This document shows positions 10,444-19,616 of a stretch of DNA of 64,000 bases, one piece after another. The DNA is from an uncultured virus (IMG/VR IMGVR_UViG_3300028025_000094) (lineage: Duplodnaviria > Heunggongvirae > Uroviricota > Caudoviricetes). The notes beneath the pieces were generated by a model, which saw only the letters and a list, made by a program, of their open reading frames with translations, was not told the origin of the DNA and ran no database searches. The stretch is from IMG/VR virus record IMGVR_UViG_3300028025_000094, one strand, 5' to 3'. How positions within the stretch are numbered: position 1 is the first letter of the stretch; each line of letters begins with the position of its first letter. The position numbers and the translations under genes were made by a program.

Positions 10444-11931
10444 ATGATAACAAGCTATTCATCATTCAATAACAACCCATTCAGTTTAAAGGAGAATGTA
10501 ATGGCAAAATTAGAAATGAAAGAATTTTCTAATCTATTCGATAACACTCTTTTTGAATCAGATTCGGACGGTTTACTTCTAGAGAAAGCATATTCCACTT
10601 ATGAATTAGGATTATTATATGAGAATAGAAAAGATTGGTTTGAAGATAATGATCGGATTTATTTTATAGATGGGGAAGGAGGGCAAACCTTATTATTCAA
10701 AAATGAGTCACTCTTTTTTGTATCTGCGGCAACCCTTAAAATGCTTAAAGAACAATGGACATGGGGAGACGTTGAGGGAGCATGGGATAGCGTTAAAGCT
10801 TCTGCATCATCAGCGATTGATACGGTAAAAGCAGCTAATCAAAAAGCATGGGACACTATCTCAGATGGTGCTAAAAAGGTTTGGGAATTTTCTAAAAGAA
10901 TAGCATCGGCAGCGGTTGAGTTTGTTAAAAGCGATCCGCTTACATGCGCTGCTTTGTTTCTTCAGCTTATGTCCGGTATTATTTCCTTCATTCCTGCTGC
11001 AGGTCAAGTTGCAGGTCCTATTTGTCTAACTCTTGCTGGAATTATAGAGGTTTATGTAGGAGTTGGTAAAATAGGTAAGGCCTGGAAAAAATTCTCAAAG
11101 ATTGAAGTTTCAAACGGAGCTAAAGCAGTAACAGCCTTTAGCGAGGGTGCTCCTTATCTTATAGCAGGTTCCGTATCAATATTACTAGGTTTAAATGATG
11201 TGATAACTGCTCCTAAAGCTGCTATTCCTGCAGCTGGTGCAACTAGCATAGCACTTAGAGCAACATCAGCTAAATGGTCATCAAGCTTTGCCGGTCAGGT
11301 AGCACATTCTGCAGAACATTTTATAACGAATGTTGCAGGTAAAGGTGCAGGTAAAATAGGCCCAACATTGATTGGACCGGTTAGTAAATTTATGGATAGT
11401 GGAGGATCCGCTCTTGCTGCAACATTAACAAGTATTATTATGATAAAGACGGGTAAATCCGTTCTTGGATCACTCTTCGATGGTTTTTTAACTGGAATAG
11501 CAGAGGTTGCTTCTCTATTTTCGTTTGTTCTTTCCCTACCAACCAAGGCATCTCAGATGATGGAAAAATTAATAGCTGCTGCACAAAGTCCGATTTCAGA
11601 AATTCTTATTGCACCTCTAAAAAACATAATCAATCCTGTTGTTAAATTTCTCGGTAAGTTGTTAGACACCTATATAAGACCTATGATAGATGGATTAAGT
11701 GGATACTTAAAAGCGATTGTAAAAGAAAGAAAAACCCTAGAGTCTTATGCGAACCAAATGGAAGTGAAGGACACACAACAGGTTGTTAAGAACCAGGTTC
11801 AGAAAGTCAAAACAAAAGAAGTGGAGGTCTCCAAACAGGATCTTGCTAAGATAAACGCTGTCAAGAAACAGGTCAAGAAAAATGAATCACTTAATCACAT
11901 ACAGATGTTTGAAAATTTTAAAATATCATAG
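10444..11931 (+). CDS. Ala/Gly-rich membrane-helix protein, tandem paralogue B
   Basis: 495 aa, near-identical N-terminus to 8869; own GATATATA box 10418-10425. Confidence 0.65.
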   Translation: MITSYSSFNNNPFSLKENVMAKLEMKEFSNLFDNTLFESDSDGLLLEKAYSTYELGLLYENRKDWFEDNDRIYFIDGEGGQTLLFKNESLFFVSAATLKMLKEQWTWGDVEGAWDSVKASASSAIDTVKAANQKAWDTISDGAKKVWEFSKRIASAAVEFVKSDPLTCAALFLQLMSGIISFIPAAGQVAGPICLTLAGIIEVYVGVGKIGKAWKKFSKIEVSNGAKAVTAFSEGAPYLIAGSVSILLGLNDVITAPKAAIPAAGATSIALRATSAKWSSSFAGQVAHSAEHFITNVAGKGAGKIGPTLIGPVSKFMDSGGSALAATLTSIIMIKTGKSVLGSLFDGFLTGIAEVASLFSFVLSLPTKASQMMEKLIAAAQSPISEILIAPLKNIINPVVKFLGKLLDTYIRPMIDGLSGYLKAIVKERKTLESYANQMEVKDTQQVVKNQVQKVKTKEVEVSKQDLAKINAVKKQVKKNESLNHIQMFENFKIS

Positions 11932-12726
11932 TTGAAAAAGATCGTTTCGTTCTCTCTTTTTGAATCATCATATACAGATTCTTATTATGGAGAATATCCA
12001 TTAGAAGAAATCTGTGATAAGTATCTACCTAGATCAGAAAGATGGATTTCTATGCGGGATTCCATAACCGGATCAGGAAAAATAATTTCGATAGAACCGA
12101 TTGAAAGCGATTATGAAGACGGCGATGCTTATTTCGCAGGAACCGAATCAACTCAAGATCGGATAGTAATAAGATTATCAGAGATGGGTGATGAGAATGA
12201 ATTTAAAGGTTCCATAGCCCATGAGACTCTCCACGGATTGCAATTTATTGCATTAGGTCCTGATATTTTTCTGAAGGATTTTTTTGGTGAACTTAAAGAG
12301 GAATTTTCAAAACTTTCCGATGCTCTAGAGTGGTCTTATTTTATGCTTTGCATTTATCTAATAAATCCCATTGAGAAAGAAGCATGGGAAGCACAATCTT
12401 ATCTAGATAGGCCACAAACATATGTTGATCTGATAGAATTCTTAGATGGTTGCTCCGATACTCAAGCATTTGAAGGATTTATTGATTATCTTCTGGAGAA
12501 AGGACTAGTAGAAAATGAGTACATCAAGAATTTTTCAGAATTCCCAGAACTCTGGATAGAGAGTTACAAACATGATGCTAAGAATAGTGACTATCCTTTA
12601 GATCCTGTGATGATGGCTACAGAAGGTAAGGATTTTTCATTCTTCATGAAATACTATCTCAAGAGATTTGAAAAGGAGCTTTTACCCTGGATGAAGAAGA
12701 TGCAAACGCTTCCCCTAATTAATTAA
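11932..12726 (+). CDS. Zincin-like metalloprotease with N-terminal leader
   Basis: IAHETLHGLQ (HExxH) and downstream EKEA; TTG start MKKIVSFSLFES. Confidence 0.6.
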   Translation: MKKIVSFSLFESSYTDSYYGEYPLEEICDKYLPRSERWISMRDSITGSGKIISIEPIESDYEDGDAYFAGTESTQDRIVIRLSEMGDENEFKGSIAHETLHGLQFIALGPDIFLKDFFGELKEEFSKLSDALEWSYFMLCIYLINPIEKEAWEAQSYLDRPQTYVDLIEFLDGCSDTQAFEGFIDYLLEKGLVENEYIKNFSEFPELWIESYKHDAKNSDYPLDPVMMATEGKDFSFFMKYYLKRFEKELLPWMKKMQTLPLIN

Positions 12727-12759
12727 ATCAAGACATTTTTTATTCTGTAATTTTCTTAT

Positions 12760-12767
12760 TATATTTG
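12760..12767 (+). promoter_or_regulatory. Bacteroidota-type -7 promoter box
   Basis: TATATTTG just upstream of ATG 12779, head of RNA-repair operon. Confidence 0.6.
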
Positions 12768-12778
12768 CTATAATAGTT

Positions 12779-13195
12779 ATGGAAAAGTACAACCTATTTT
12801 TAGATGACGTTAGGGATCCTTCAGCGTGTCTGAATTATAAGACTAAGTTCATGCCCGAAAATCGTAGGGCATATTCTTCGGATGATTGGGTGATTGTGAG
12901 GAGTTATTCAGAATTCGCCGAGACGATAAAATCAAAATTTGCTTCTGGAGAATTTCCTGGATTGGTTTCGTTCGATCACGATCTAGCAGATATCCATTAT
13001 GACCCAGAAACATTTCAAGAGTCATTCGAATATCACGAAGAGACTGGAGCAGATTGTGCAAATTTTATGGTTCACTTCTGTTTAGAGAATGAATTGAACC
13101 TACCAGAATTTTATGTGCACAGTGCTAATCCACTAGGAGCACAAAGGATCTATGATAACATGCAAGATTATTTCAGATACAAAGGAAGATTCTAA
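12779..13195 (+). CDS. Cyclic-phosphate-processing receiver-domain protein
   Basis: LFLDDVRDP, VRSY, SFDHDL, TG.DC, VHSANPLG. Confidence 0.8.
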   Translation: MEKYNLFLDDVRDPSACLNYKTKFMPENRRAYSSDDWVIVRSYSEFAETIKSKFASGEFPGLVSFDHDLADIHYDPETFQESFEYHEETGADCANFMVHFCLENELNLPEFYVHSANPLGAQRIYDNMQDYFRYKGRF

Positions 13196-13197
13196 AA

Positions 13198-14310
13198 ATG
13201 ACAATCGAACAATTAAGAAATAGCGGAACAATCATATTCGAGGGAATCGTCGGATCACAGGCTTATGGGATAGCAACACCCACTTCAGATATTGATAAGA
13301 AGGGCGTGTTCATCCAGGACGAAGATAGCATACTTGGATTTGGTTACATCGATCAAGTTAGCGACACCAAGAATGATCAAACATTTTATGAGATTAAAAG
13401 ATTCATAGAATTGCTAGCAAGCAATAACCCTAACATTCTTGAATTATTAAATCTTCCGGATGATTGCATCGTTTATAAAGATCCTATCTTTGATCTAGTA
13501 TTGGAACACAAGAATGACTTTATAACTAAGATGTGCCGTCATTCTTTTGGAGGATATGCAGTCGAGCAAATCAGAAAGGCGAGGGGATTGAATAAAAAGA
13601 TTACAAATCCAATGGACCCAAAGAGAAAGGGAGTTTTGGATTTTTGTTATGTTATAGATTCGGGTAAGTCCGTTCGGGTCGAGGAATATATGGAAGAGTA
13701 CAGGCTCAAGCCTGAATATTGTGGATTAGTTTCTTTGGATCATATGAAGTACATGTATTCAGTTTATTACGATAGAGTAGCGGAACTTAACGGGAAAGGA
13801 ATTAAGATGGGAGTTTGCTCTAGTTTAGAATTCAAAGGAATAGTGAGTAGTGAAGAAAACTCAAATGACGTTTGTACAAGTAGTGTACCTAAAGGTATGT
13901 TACCAGATTTCGTGTTATATTTTAACAAAGAGGGATATTCAAGTTACTGTAAAGACTATAAGGAATATTTTGAGTGGGTGGAGAAAAGAAATCCTGAAAG
14001 ATATAATGATAACATGGGTCATGGGGGAAATTATGACGGAAAGAATTTAGCACACTGTCATAGACTTCTGGATATGGCAATTGAAATAGGAGAAGGGAAA
14101 GGAATTAATATAAGAAGAAATAATAGGGAAGAATTACTAAGCATCAGAAAAGGAGAATGGGACTACGATAAATTAGTAGAGGATGCTGAGAATAAGATTA
14201 AAAAAATGGACGAGGTGTTTGAATCTTCAAATCTACCCAAATCTTTAGATAGGGATTTTCTTAATGAACTGTTGTTAAAAATTAGAAAAGAATACTATGG
14301 AAAAAAATAA
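13198..14310 (+). CDS. RlaP/Nuc-transf family nucleotidyltransferase
   Basis: GSQAYG.ATPTSDIDKKG, NNPNILELL, YDGKNLAHCHRLL. Confidence 0.88.
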   Translation: MTIEQLRNSGTIIFEGIVGSQAYGIATPTSDIDKKGVFIQDEDSILGFGYIDQVSDTKNDQTFYEIKRFIELLASNNPNILELLNLPDDCIVYKDPIFDLVLEHKNDFITKMCRHSFGGYAVEQIRKARGLNKKITNPMDPKRKGVLDFCYVIDSGKSVRVEEYMEEYRLKPEYCGLVSLDHMKYMYSVYYDRVAELNGKGIKMGVCSSLEFKGIVSSEENSNDVCTSSVPKGMLPDFVLYFNKEGYSSYCKDYKEYFEWVEKRNPERYNDNMGHGGNYDGKNLAHCHRLLDMAIEIGEGKGINIRRNNREELLSIRKGEWDYDKLVEDAENKIKKMDEVFESSNLPKSLDRDFLNELLLKIRKEYYGKK

Positions 14311-14587
14311 TGAACTTTTTTTAAAGTGTGACTGTCACACAGAAGCTATAGAAATTCAATACTGGGAAGATGAGCAAAGTTTTTATTTTTCTTTTTGGGA
14401 CTACGGAAGAAGTAAGATCTCCTGGATTCCTTGGAAAAAAAAGATTGGGATGATCTGGAGAATTCTTAAAGGAAAGGATCTATACGCAGATATGGTTATA
14501 TTGGATTATACAAAAGCAAAAGAAGTAGCGGATTTTATAAACAAAAAATTGGAAGAAGATGTACAAAGCAACAGTACTAAAAATTAA
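14297..14587 (+). CDS. Hypothetical protein
   Basis: 96 aa with CDCH, overlaps both neighbours. Confidence 0.55.
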   Translation: MEKNNELFLKCDCHTEAIEIQYWEDEQSFYFSFWDYGRSKISWIPWKKKIGMIWRILKGKDLYADMVILDYTKAKEVADFINKKLEEDVQSNSTKN

Positions 14588-15869
14588 AAACGTTAGAACC
14601 CATCCAAATGCTGATCGGGTTAAACTTGCAACATGTCACGGCAATCAAGTTGTTGTTGGACTTGAGGTAGAAGAAGGACATATGGGGGTATATTTCCCAG
14701 CTGACGGGCAATTAAGCCACGAGTTTTGTCATGCTAATAATTTATACAGAATAGCTGATCTTAATAAATTTCCAAAAGATAAAGGGGGAATGTTTGATTC
14801 TAACAGAAGGGTGAGAGCTCAAAAGTTTAGAGGCGAGATATCTGACGGATTCTGGGTACCACTTCATTATTTTGGATTTCTTCAGGTTAGTGGATTAGAC
14901 GTGGAAGGTTTTGAATTTGATGAATGGTGCGGAGTTCATATCTGCAATAAATACATTACACCTACTACGGCATCAGCACAGAAGAATAATGCTAAAAAAA
15001 CAAAGACCGCTAAAACGTCGGTGATGTTTAAAGAGCATTTTGATACTGAACACTTTGGTAAGTACCTTGATGAATTCAAAAAGGAGGAGCTAATAGTCAT
15101 CACAGAAAAACTTCACGGAACCTCAGGAAGAGTTGCTCATGTTTTAATAGATCGGAATTTAACCTGGAAAGATAAGATTGCAAAATTCCTAGGGGTTAAA
15201 GTTGCAGAGCAAGAATGGGGATATTTAAACGGGACAAGAAGAGTTGTATTAGAGGAAACGACAGGAACCCAATATCACGATCCTACAATTAGAGAAATCG
15301 CATTTAATAAATTCAAGGGAAATTTAAGAAAGGGAGAAACAGTATACTTCGAAATAGTTGGATATGAAACCAGTGGTACCCCGATTATGCCGGGTGTTGA
15401 TGTTACCAAACTTAATGATAATGAGTTACTTAAAAAGTATGGCAACCTAATGTATTATTCATATGGATGTGAACCTTTAACCTGTGAAATATATGTTTAT
15501 AGAATAACTATAACTAATGAGGATGGTCAATCTGTAGATCTTTGTTGGAATGATGTCAAAGCCAGATCTTTAGAAATTGGGGTCAATCACGTTCCTGAGA
15601 TGGGAACAACCTCTATGGATAAACTATGGGATCATAACAGAACAGGAGATGAAAAGGACGTTCAGGATCATCTTTTTAAAATGGTAGACTATTTAGCTCA
15701 GGGAAATTCCCTTCTTGATAGCAGACATCTTAAAGAAGGAGTTTGTGTAAGAATAGATCAACACGGAATTAGACCTAAGGTATACAAGCACAAAAGTTTT
15801 AACTTTAAGGTTCTTGAAGGAATAATTAAGGATTCAGGAGTTATTGATTCGGAAGAAGCACAAGGATAA
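14559..15869 (+). CDS. Rnl2-type RNA ligase with N-terminal OB-like domain
   Basis: HPNADR N-terminus, TEKLHGTS (motif I), FEIVG, EGVCVR, YKHKSFNF. Confidence 0.85.
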   Translation: MYKATVLKIKNVRTHPNADRVKLATCHGNQVVVGLEVEEGHMGVYFPADGQLSHEFCHANNLYRIADLNKFPKDKGGMFDSNRRVRAQKFRGEISDGFWVPLHYFGFLQVSGLDVEGFEFDEWCGVHICNKYITPTTASAQKNNAKKTKTAKTSVMFKEHFDTEHFGKYLDEFKKEELIVITEKLHGTSGRVAHVLIDRNLTWKDKIAKFLGVKVAEQEWGYLNGTRRVVLEETTGTQYHDPTIREIAFNKFKGNLRKGETVYFEIVGYETSGTPIMPGVDVTKLNDNELLKKYGNLMYYSYGCEPLTCEIYVYRITITNEDGQSVDLCWNDVKARSLEIGVNHVPEMGTTSMDKLWDHNRTGDEKDVQDHLFKMVDYLAQGNSLLDSRHLKEGVCVRIDQHGIRPKVYKHKSFNFKVLEGIIKDSGVIDSEEAQG

Positions 15870-15889
15870 TTTTTAAAATAAAATAATAT

Positions 15890-16300
15890 ATGTCAGATTA
15901 CGCTTACAACAAAAAATACAAGGAGCTGGTTGAACAGGAGGCCATTCTAAAAGAAGAAATTCTTAAATTCCTAAACCCCCTTCCTAACAGTGAGGACATC
16001 GTCAAGAAATTTGAAGCTATAATAGGGATTTCTGGGGAAAAAATAGAAATCATTGATGAAGAGCTAAACGACCTTGAATGGGATAAGGATAATGAGATAG
16101 ACGAAAAAGATAGCGAAATCAAGGATCTCGAAAGAAAGGTAGAAGATATGGAGGATCAATTAGAAAATTTAGGAGTAGGCGGATCTGGAAATAGTTTAGA
16201 TGATGTAATGAAACTGGAATTATGGCAGGTAGCTAAAGATAAATTTACCTTAACCCAATTGGAGGAAAAATTTGGGGGAAGTAAATGGCAAATAATGTAA
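15890..16300 (+). CDS. Coiled-coil hypothetical protein
   Basis: Heptad-rich acidic ORF. Confidence 0.55.
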   Translation: MSDYAYNKKYKELVEQEAILKEEILKFLNPLPNSEDIVKKFEAIIGISGEKIEIIDEELNDLEWDKDNEIDEKDSEIKDLERKVEDMEDQLENLGVGGSGNSLDDVMKLELWQVAKDKFTLTQLEEKFGGSKWQIM

Positions 16301-16304
16301 ACCG

Positions 16305-16400
16305 ATGACGGGTAAAATCGTGGGTTTATTTTTGATTGCTGTCGGTATTCTAATAGCTTATGTCATATGGAGATCACCAATAAAAGAAAATAAGGATTAA
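16305..16400 (+). CDS. 31-aa single-pass membrane peptide (not in ORF track)
   Basis: MTGKIVGLFLIAVGILIAYVIWRSPIKENKD exactly fills the gap. Confidence 0.5.
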   Translation: MTGKIVGLFLIAVGILIAYVIWRSPIKENKD

Positions 16401-16401
16401 A

Positions 16402-17034
16402 ATGAAAATAGGATTTGCAAACAGTTTTTTTGATTCACTCGAAAGAATGAGCACACACCAGACATGGTGGTACAGAACATACGAGACCATTAGGTATGGG
16501 ATCCCAAGATTTTTTAAAAATGTTTGGAGATTTAAAAATGAATTGTATAATTTCTACGGATGGGATTATTCTTACAATCTTTCAATTTTTAGAAGGAGCC
16601 TGGAGATAACAGCAGATCATCTAGAAAAGAATGGAATTGAGGTTGATGATTCTAGACTAAAGAAAATTGAAAAAATTAGAAGAGCCATAGAACTTCTAAA
16701 TAATGTGAAGGGAAATTCCCATATTGAAATGGCAGAAAAAGAGCTTGGGAAGCTTTTTCTTTCCGACTGGAATTTTGAGGAGGTACCAGATTCTAATGGA
16801 TCTATGAGACTAATAGACAACGAAACACCCGAACAGAAGAAACATAATAGCAAGGTGTTTGCTAGATCTAACGAGATTGAGGAAGAAGAGTGGAACGAGC
16901 TCTGGAAAATAATAAAGGGTCAGGATCATAAGAATTATAAAAAACACCTGAATAAGTCTAAGATCTCAGGGAATGATACTGACGCTTGGTCAGAATGGTT
17001 CGACGGATCGGGTATCAGAGGATGGTGGGATTAA
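16402..17034 (+). CDS. Hypothetical phage protein
   Basis: 210 aa ending GIRGWWD. Confidence 0.6.
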   Translation: MKIGFANSFFDSLERMSTHQTWWYRTYETIRYGIPRFFKNVWRFKNELYNFYGWDYSYNLSIFRRSLEITADHLEKNGIEVDDSRLKKIEKIRRAIELLNNVKGNSHIEMAEKELGKLFLSDWNFEEVPDSNGSMRLIDNETPEQKKHNSKVFARSNEIEEEEWNELWKIIKGQDHKNYKKHLNKSKISGNDTDAWSEWFDGSGIRGWWD

Positions 17035-17101
17035 AATACCCTAAAGAACTTGATATGGTTTGTTTTGTTCAAAATGATATATAAAGAAACAAAATTAAAA
17101 G

Positions 17102-17671
17102 ATGGCCCAGAATTTCAAATTTAATAATCTTCACGATTTAGATGAGGTAAGAAAACCAAAGAAGTGTCCAATATTTGACTTTGGACCATTGAGGGAATCA
17201 GAGCTTTATCGTGATTTGATATCATTAGGATATATGGAGGTTAACGCACAGGGAGAGCCCAGATTAGAAAACGAAACATTCCAGGGAGAAAGACAAGGAA
17301 ATTTAAGATTTATGCATCCAAGATTCAGACTTTCGATTCGAATGAACCTTAATGGAGCTATTTGGGAAGATGCACCATCAGGAAGAGCATATAGAATTAA
17401 TATTGAATATGATCATGATCCTAAATGGTATAAGGAATGCCTAGGATTAAAAGATTATGAGAATAGACTTCAATATCTTATTAAAAAGCTCTTATATTCT
17501 GATGGATTTATCACATCCAAGGAATTAACAACAGTAGAAAGTGGAACTGAGATTATTCTAAGAAAAATTGACGAAAACATAGAGAACATCAAAAAGCTAA
17601 GAACCGTTCCACCTAGTCTAGAAAAAAATGTAGAATATCTAAAGGTAGCATCGGAATATGGTCTATTTTAA
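17102..17671 (+). CDS. Paralogue of 271..918 with variant C-terminal tag
   Basis: LYRDLISLGY..LRFMHPRF..DYENRLQYL; ends VASEYGLF; GATATATA 17076-17083. Confidence 0.55.
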   Translation: MAQNFKFNNLHDLDEVRKPKKCPIFDFGPLRESELYRDLISLGYMEVNAQGEPRLENETFQGERQGNLRFMHPRFRLSIRMNLNGAIWEDAPSGRAYRINIEYDHDPKWYKECLGLKDYENRLQYLIKKLLYSDGFITSKELTTVESGTEIILRKIDENIENIKKLRTVPPSLEKNVEYLKVASEYGLF

Positions 17672-17686
17672 CCCATATAATTTAAA

Positions 17687-17720
17687 TAAAAAAAGCCAAT
17701 CCTTAATGATTGGCTTTTTT
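17687..17720. terminator. Bidirectional intrinsic terminator
   Basis: AAAAAAAGCCAATC-loop-GATTGGCTTTTTT at convergent junction. Confidence 0.7.
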
Positions 17721-18470
17721 GTTGAGTATATCTCCCAATAGGGATACGCCACGCCTTATTACAGCTCCGTAGCTGCATTTATTTGCAAATTCTATACATT
17801 CATCTATATCTTTATCTTTAAGCTTATAATACACAAATGCTGACATAAAAGTGTCTCCTGCCCCTACAACATCTACGACATTAGCATTTTCAGTCGGATA
17901 GGTCTTACCTTTATAGGTAGCTCCATTACCTCCCGAAGTCACTATGAGTGAATCTGTTATGCTATCCATCATAGTTGGATTGTGCTTTGGATTCTTAAAT
18001 TCCTTATCGTTTATTTTTATCCAATCTATTCCTATTGCCCATGTATCCAATGCTTTTTTAGTGTCCATAAAACTGAGCTTAGCAACAGAACATATTTCTC
18101 TGATGTCCTCTGGTTCTAAAAATCCTTTATTATAATCGGAAACTATAACAGCATCAAAGCTTGCTATGTAATCCTTGGGAACATATTCAAGTCTTTGAAC
18201 ACTATCGTTCTCATCCGTTCTAAGAAGTATATAATTGGACTTTTCCTCAACAAACCTAGTTTTTATCGCAGGAACAGGATTACCTAAAAACTCAACCTCA
18301 AATTCACCAACTGATTCTAGATTTTTAAATACATTTCCTGCCATCCCGAAATTTTCTTTCTCGTATGTAGGGATCATCACCGGGGTAGGAGCTTCTGGGT
18401 TTAATCTCTCTATCTTCCCATAAACAAATTTGTCAATACCATATTCCCCTATCACTAGTATTTTTTTCAT
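17703..18470 (-). CDS. PfkB kinase, HldE/RfaE domain I-like (heptose-7-phosphate kinase)
   Basis: RLNPEAPTPV, GMAGNV, KTRF, SDYNKG, DVVGAGDTF. Confidence 0.85.
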   Translation of the reverse strand: MKKILVIGEYGIDKFVYGKIERLNPEAPTPVMIPTYEKENFGMAGNVFKNLESVGEFEVEFLGNPVPAIKTRFVEEKSNYILLRTDENDSVQRLEYVPKDYIASFDAVIVSDYNKGFLEPEDIREICSVAKLSFMDTKKALDTWAIGIDWIKINDKEFKNPKHNPTMMDSITDSLIVTSGGNGATYKGKTYPTENANVVDVVGAGDTFMSAFVYYKLKDKDIDECIEFANKCSYGAVIRRGVSLLGDILNKKANH

Positions 18471-18861
18471 GCTCGTTTATTATTTTTTCTACTATGCCCG
18501 TAGTTGAATCTAGTGATCTTGGATAGAATAAAATCTCTCCAATATGTTCGGATCCTATTATTTCTTTTCCTGTGTAATCACTTCCTATAACCATAATGTC
18601 TGGCTGCCAATCAATGATTCTAGCAACCAGCTCGTCATCACTATCAAAATGTACAACAGAATCAACACCGCTAATAGATGATATAATTTCCATCCGATCA
18701 TGTAAAGTTGTGAAGGGTCTAGATATTCCTTTTTTTGAACGAATTCTTTGATCCGTGTCCAATCCCACTCTGACCTTCCCAAGTGATTTAGCATGATTGA
18801 TAAGGCGTATATGCCCAATGTGTATAATATCAAAAGTCCCATTTATCCATATTTTTTTCAT
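18433..18861 (-). CDS. Cytidylyltransferase-fold enzyme, HldE/RfaE domain II-like (heptose-1-phosphate adenylyltransferase)
   Basis: NGTFDIIHIGH, KKG.SRP, GSDY, STT. Confidence 0.85.
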   Translation of the reverse strand: MKKIWINGTFDIIHIGHIRLINHAKSLGKVRVGLDTDQRIRSKKGISRPFTTLHDRMEIISSISGVDSVVHFDSDDELVARIIDWQPDIMVIGSDYTGKEIIGSEHIGEILFYPRSLDSTTGIVEKIINEHEKNTSDRGIWY

Positions 18862-18863
18862 TG

Positions 18864-19250
18864 TTAACTATTCGTTTGCGAATTTCCCTTCCATACTCTA
18901 TAAGAATCCTCGTCCTTATGTTCGGTGGACACCTCAAATATTACACCATCTTCTAGTGCTTCTAATTGATGTGGCTGTCCTGGAAGTTGTCTCACTATAT
19001 CTCCAACTTTAAGTGTAACCTCATTGACATCAGCAGTCTCTGTGTCTATCCATCTATAAATAAAAGAACCCTCGTTGACGTACCACGTCTCGTCTTTCTC
19101 CATATGATAGTGCATAGAGAATTTGCAGTCTTTCTTAAATATAAGAAGTTTGCCGCAATATTTTTCATTATTCTCAATGATCAATTCCTCCCCCCATCCT
19201 TTGGGGATCTTACATCCGCAGGTTACCTCAGGCTTTATTTTGTGTCCCAT
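18864..19250 (-). CDS. Cupin sugar-isomerase-like protein
   Basis: KGWGEE, YCGKLL, SMHYHMEKDETW, PHQL, EVST. Confidence 0.8.
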   Translation of the reverse strand: MGHKIKPEVTCGCKIPKGWGEELIIENNEKYCGKLLIFKKDCKFSMHYHMEKDETWYVNEGSFIYRWIDTETADVNEVTLKVGDIVRQLPGQPHQLEALEDGVIFEVSTEHKDEDSYRVWKGNSQTNS

Positions 19251-19545
19251 TTTGATTTTTTATTTCTTCTATTTCTTTTTCGAGTTCTTTTATTCTCATT
19301 TCTTTCCCTTCTAGGGTTTCTGCAAAGGACTTACCAAATACAGTCATTGTTTTATAGAAGGTCTTTGCGAATTCCCCGATTGCGCTTTCGTCTAATCCGG
19401 GGCCGGGAACAAACTCACCATTAGGCTTTATTGAGAAAAGAGCGGATCCCGATGATCCACTGACTGTTATAACAGACGTTACCGGTTGTACTGGTGTGAA
19501 ACTTATACAATTGGAGGATAAATCTATATCTTCTAGGGGTTCCAT
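19228..19545 (-). CDS. Hypothetical protein
   Basis: First gene of the minus-strand sugar operon. Confidence 0.5.
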   Translation of the reverse strand: MEPLEDIDLSSNCISFTPVQPVTSVITVSGSSGSALFSIKPNGEFVPGPGLDESAIGEFAKTFYKTMTVFGKSFAETLEGKEMRIKELEKEIEEIKNQNGTQNKA

Positions 19546-19616
19546 GGGGATATTTTTATATTCTATCGCATAATAGATAAAAAATTCCGGGATAGATAAG
19601 GTATATAAAAAAATTA

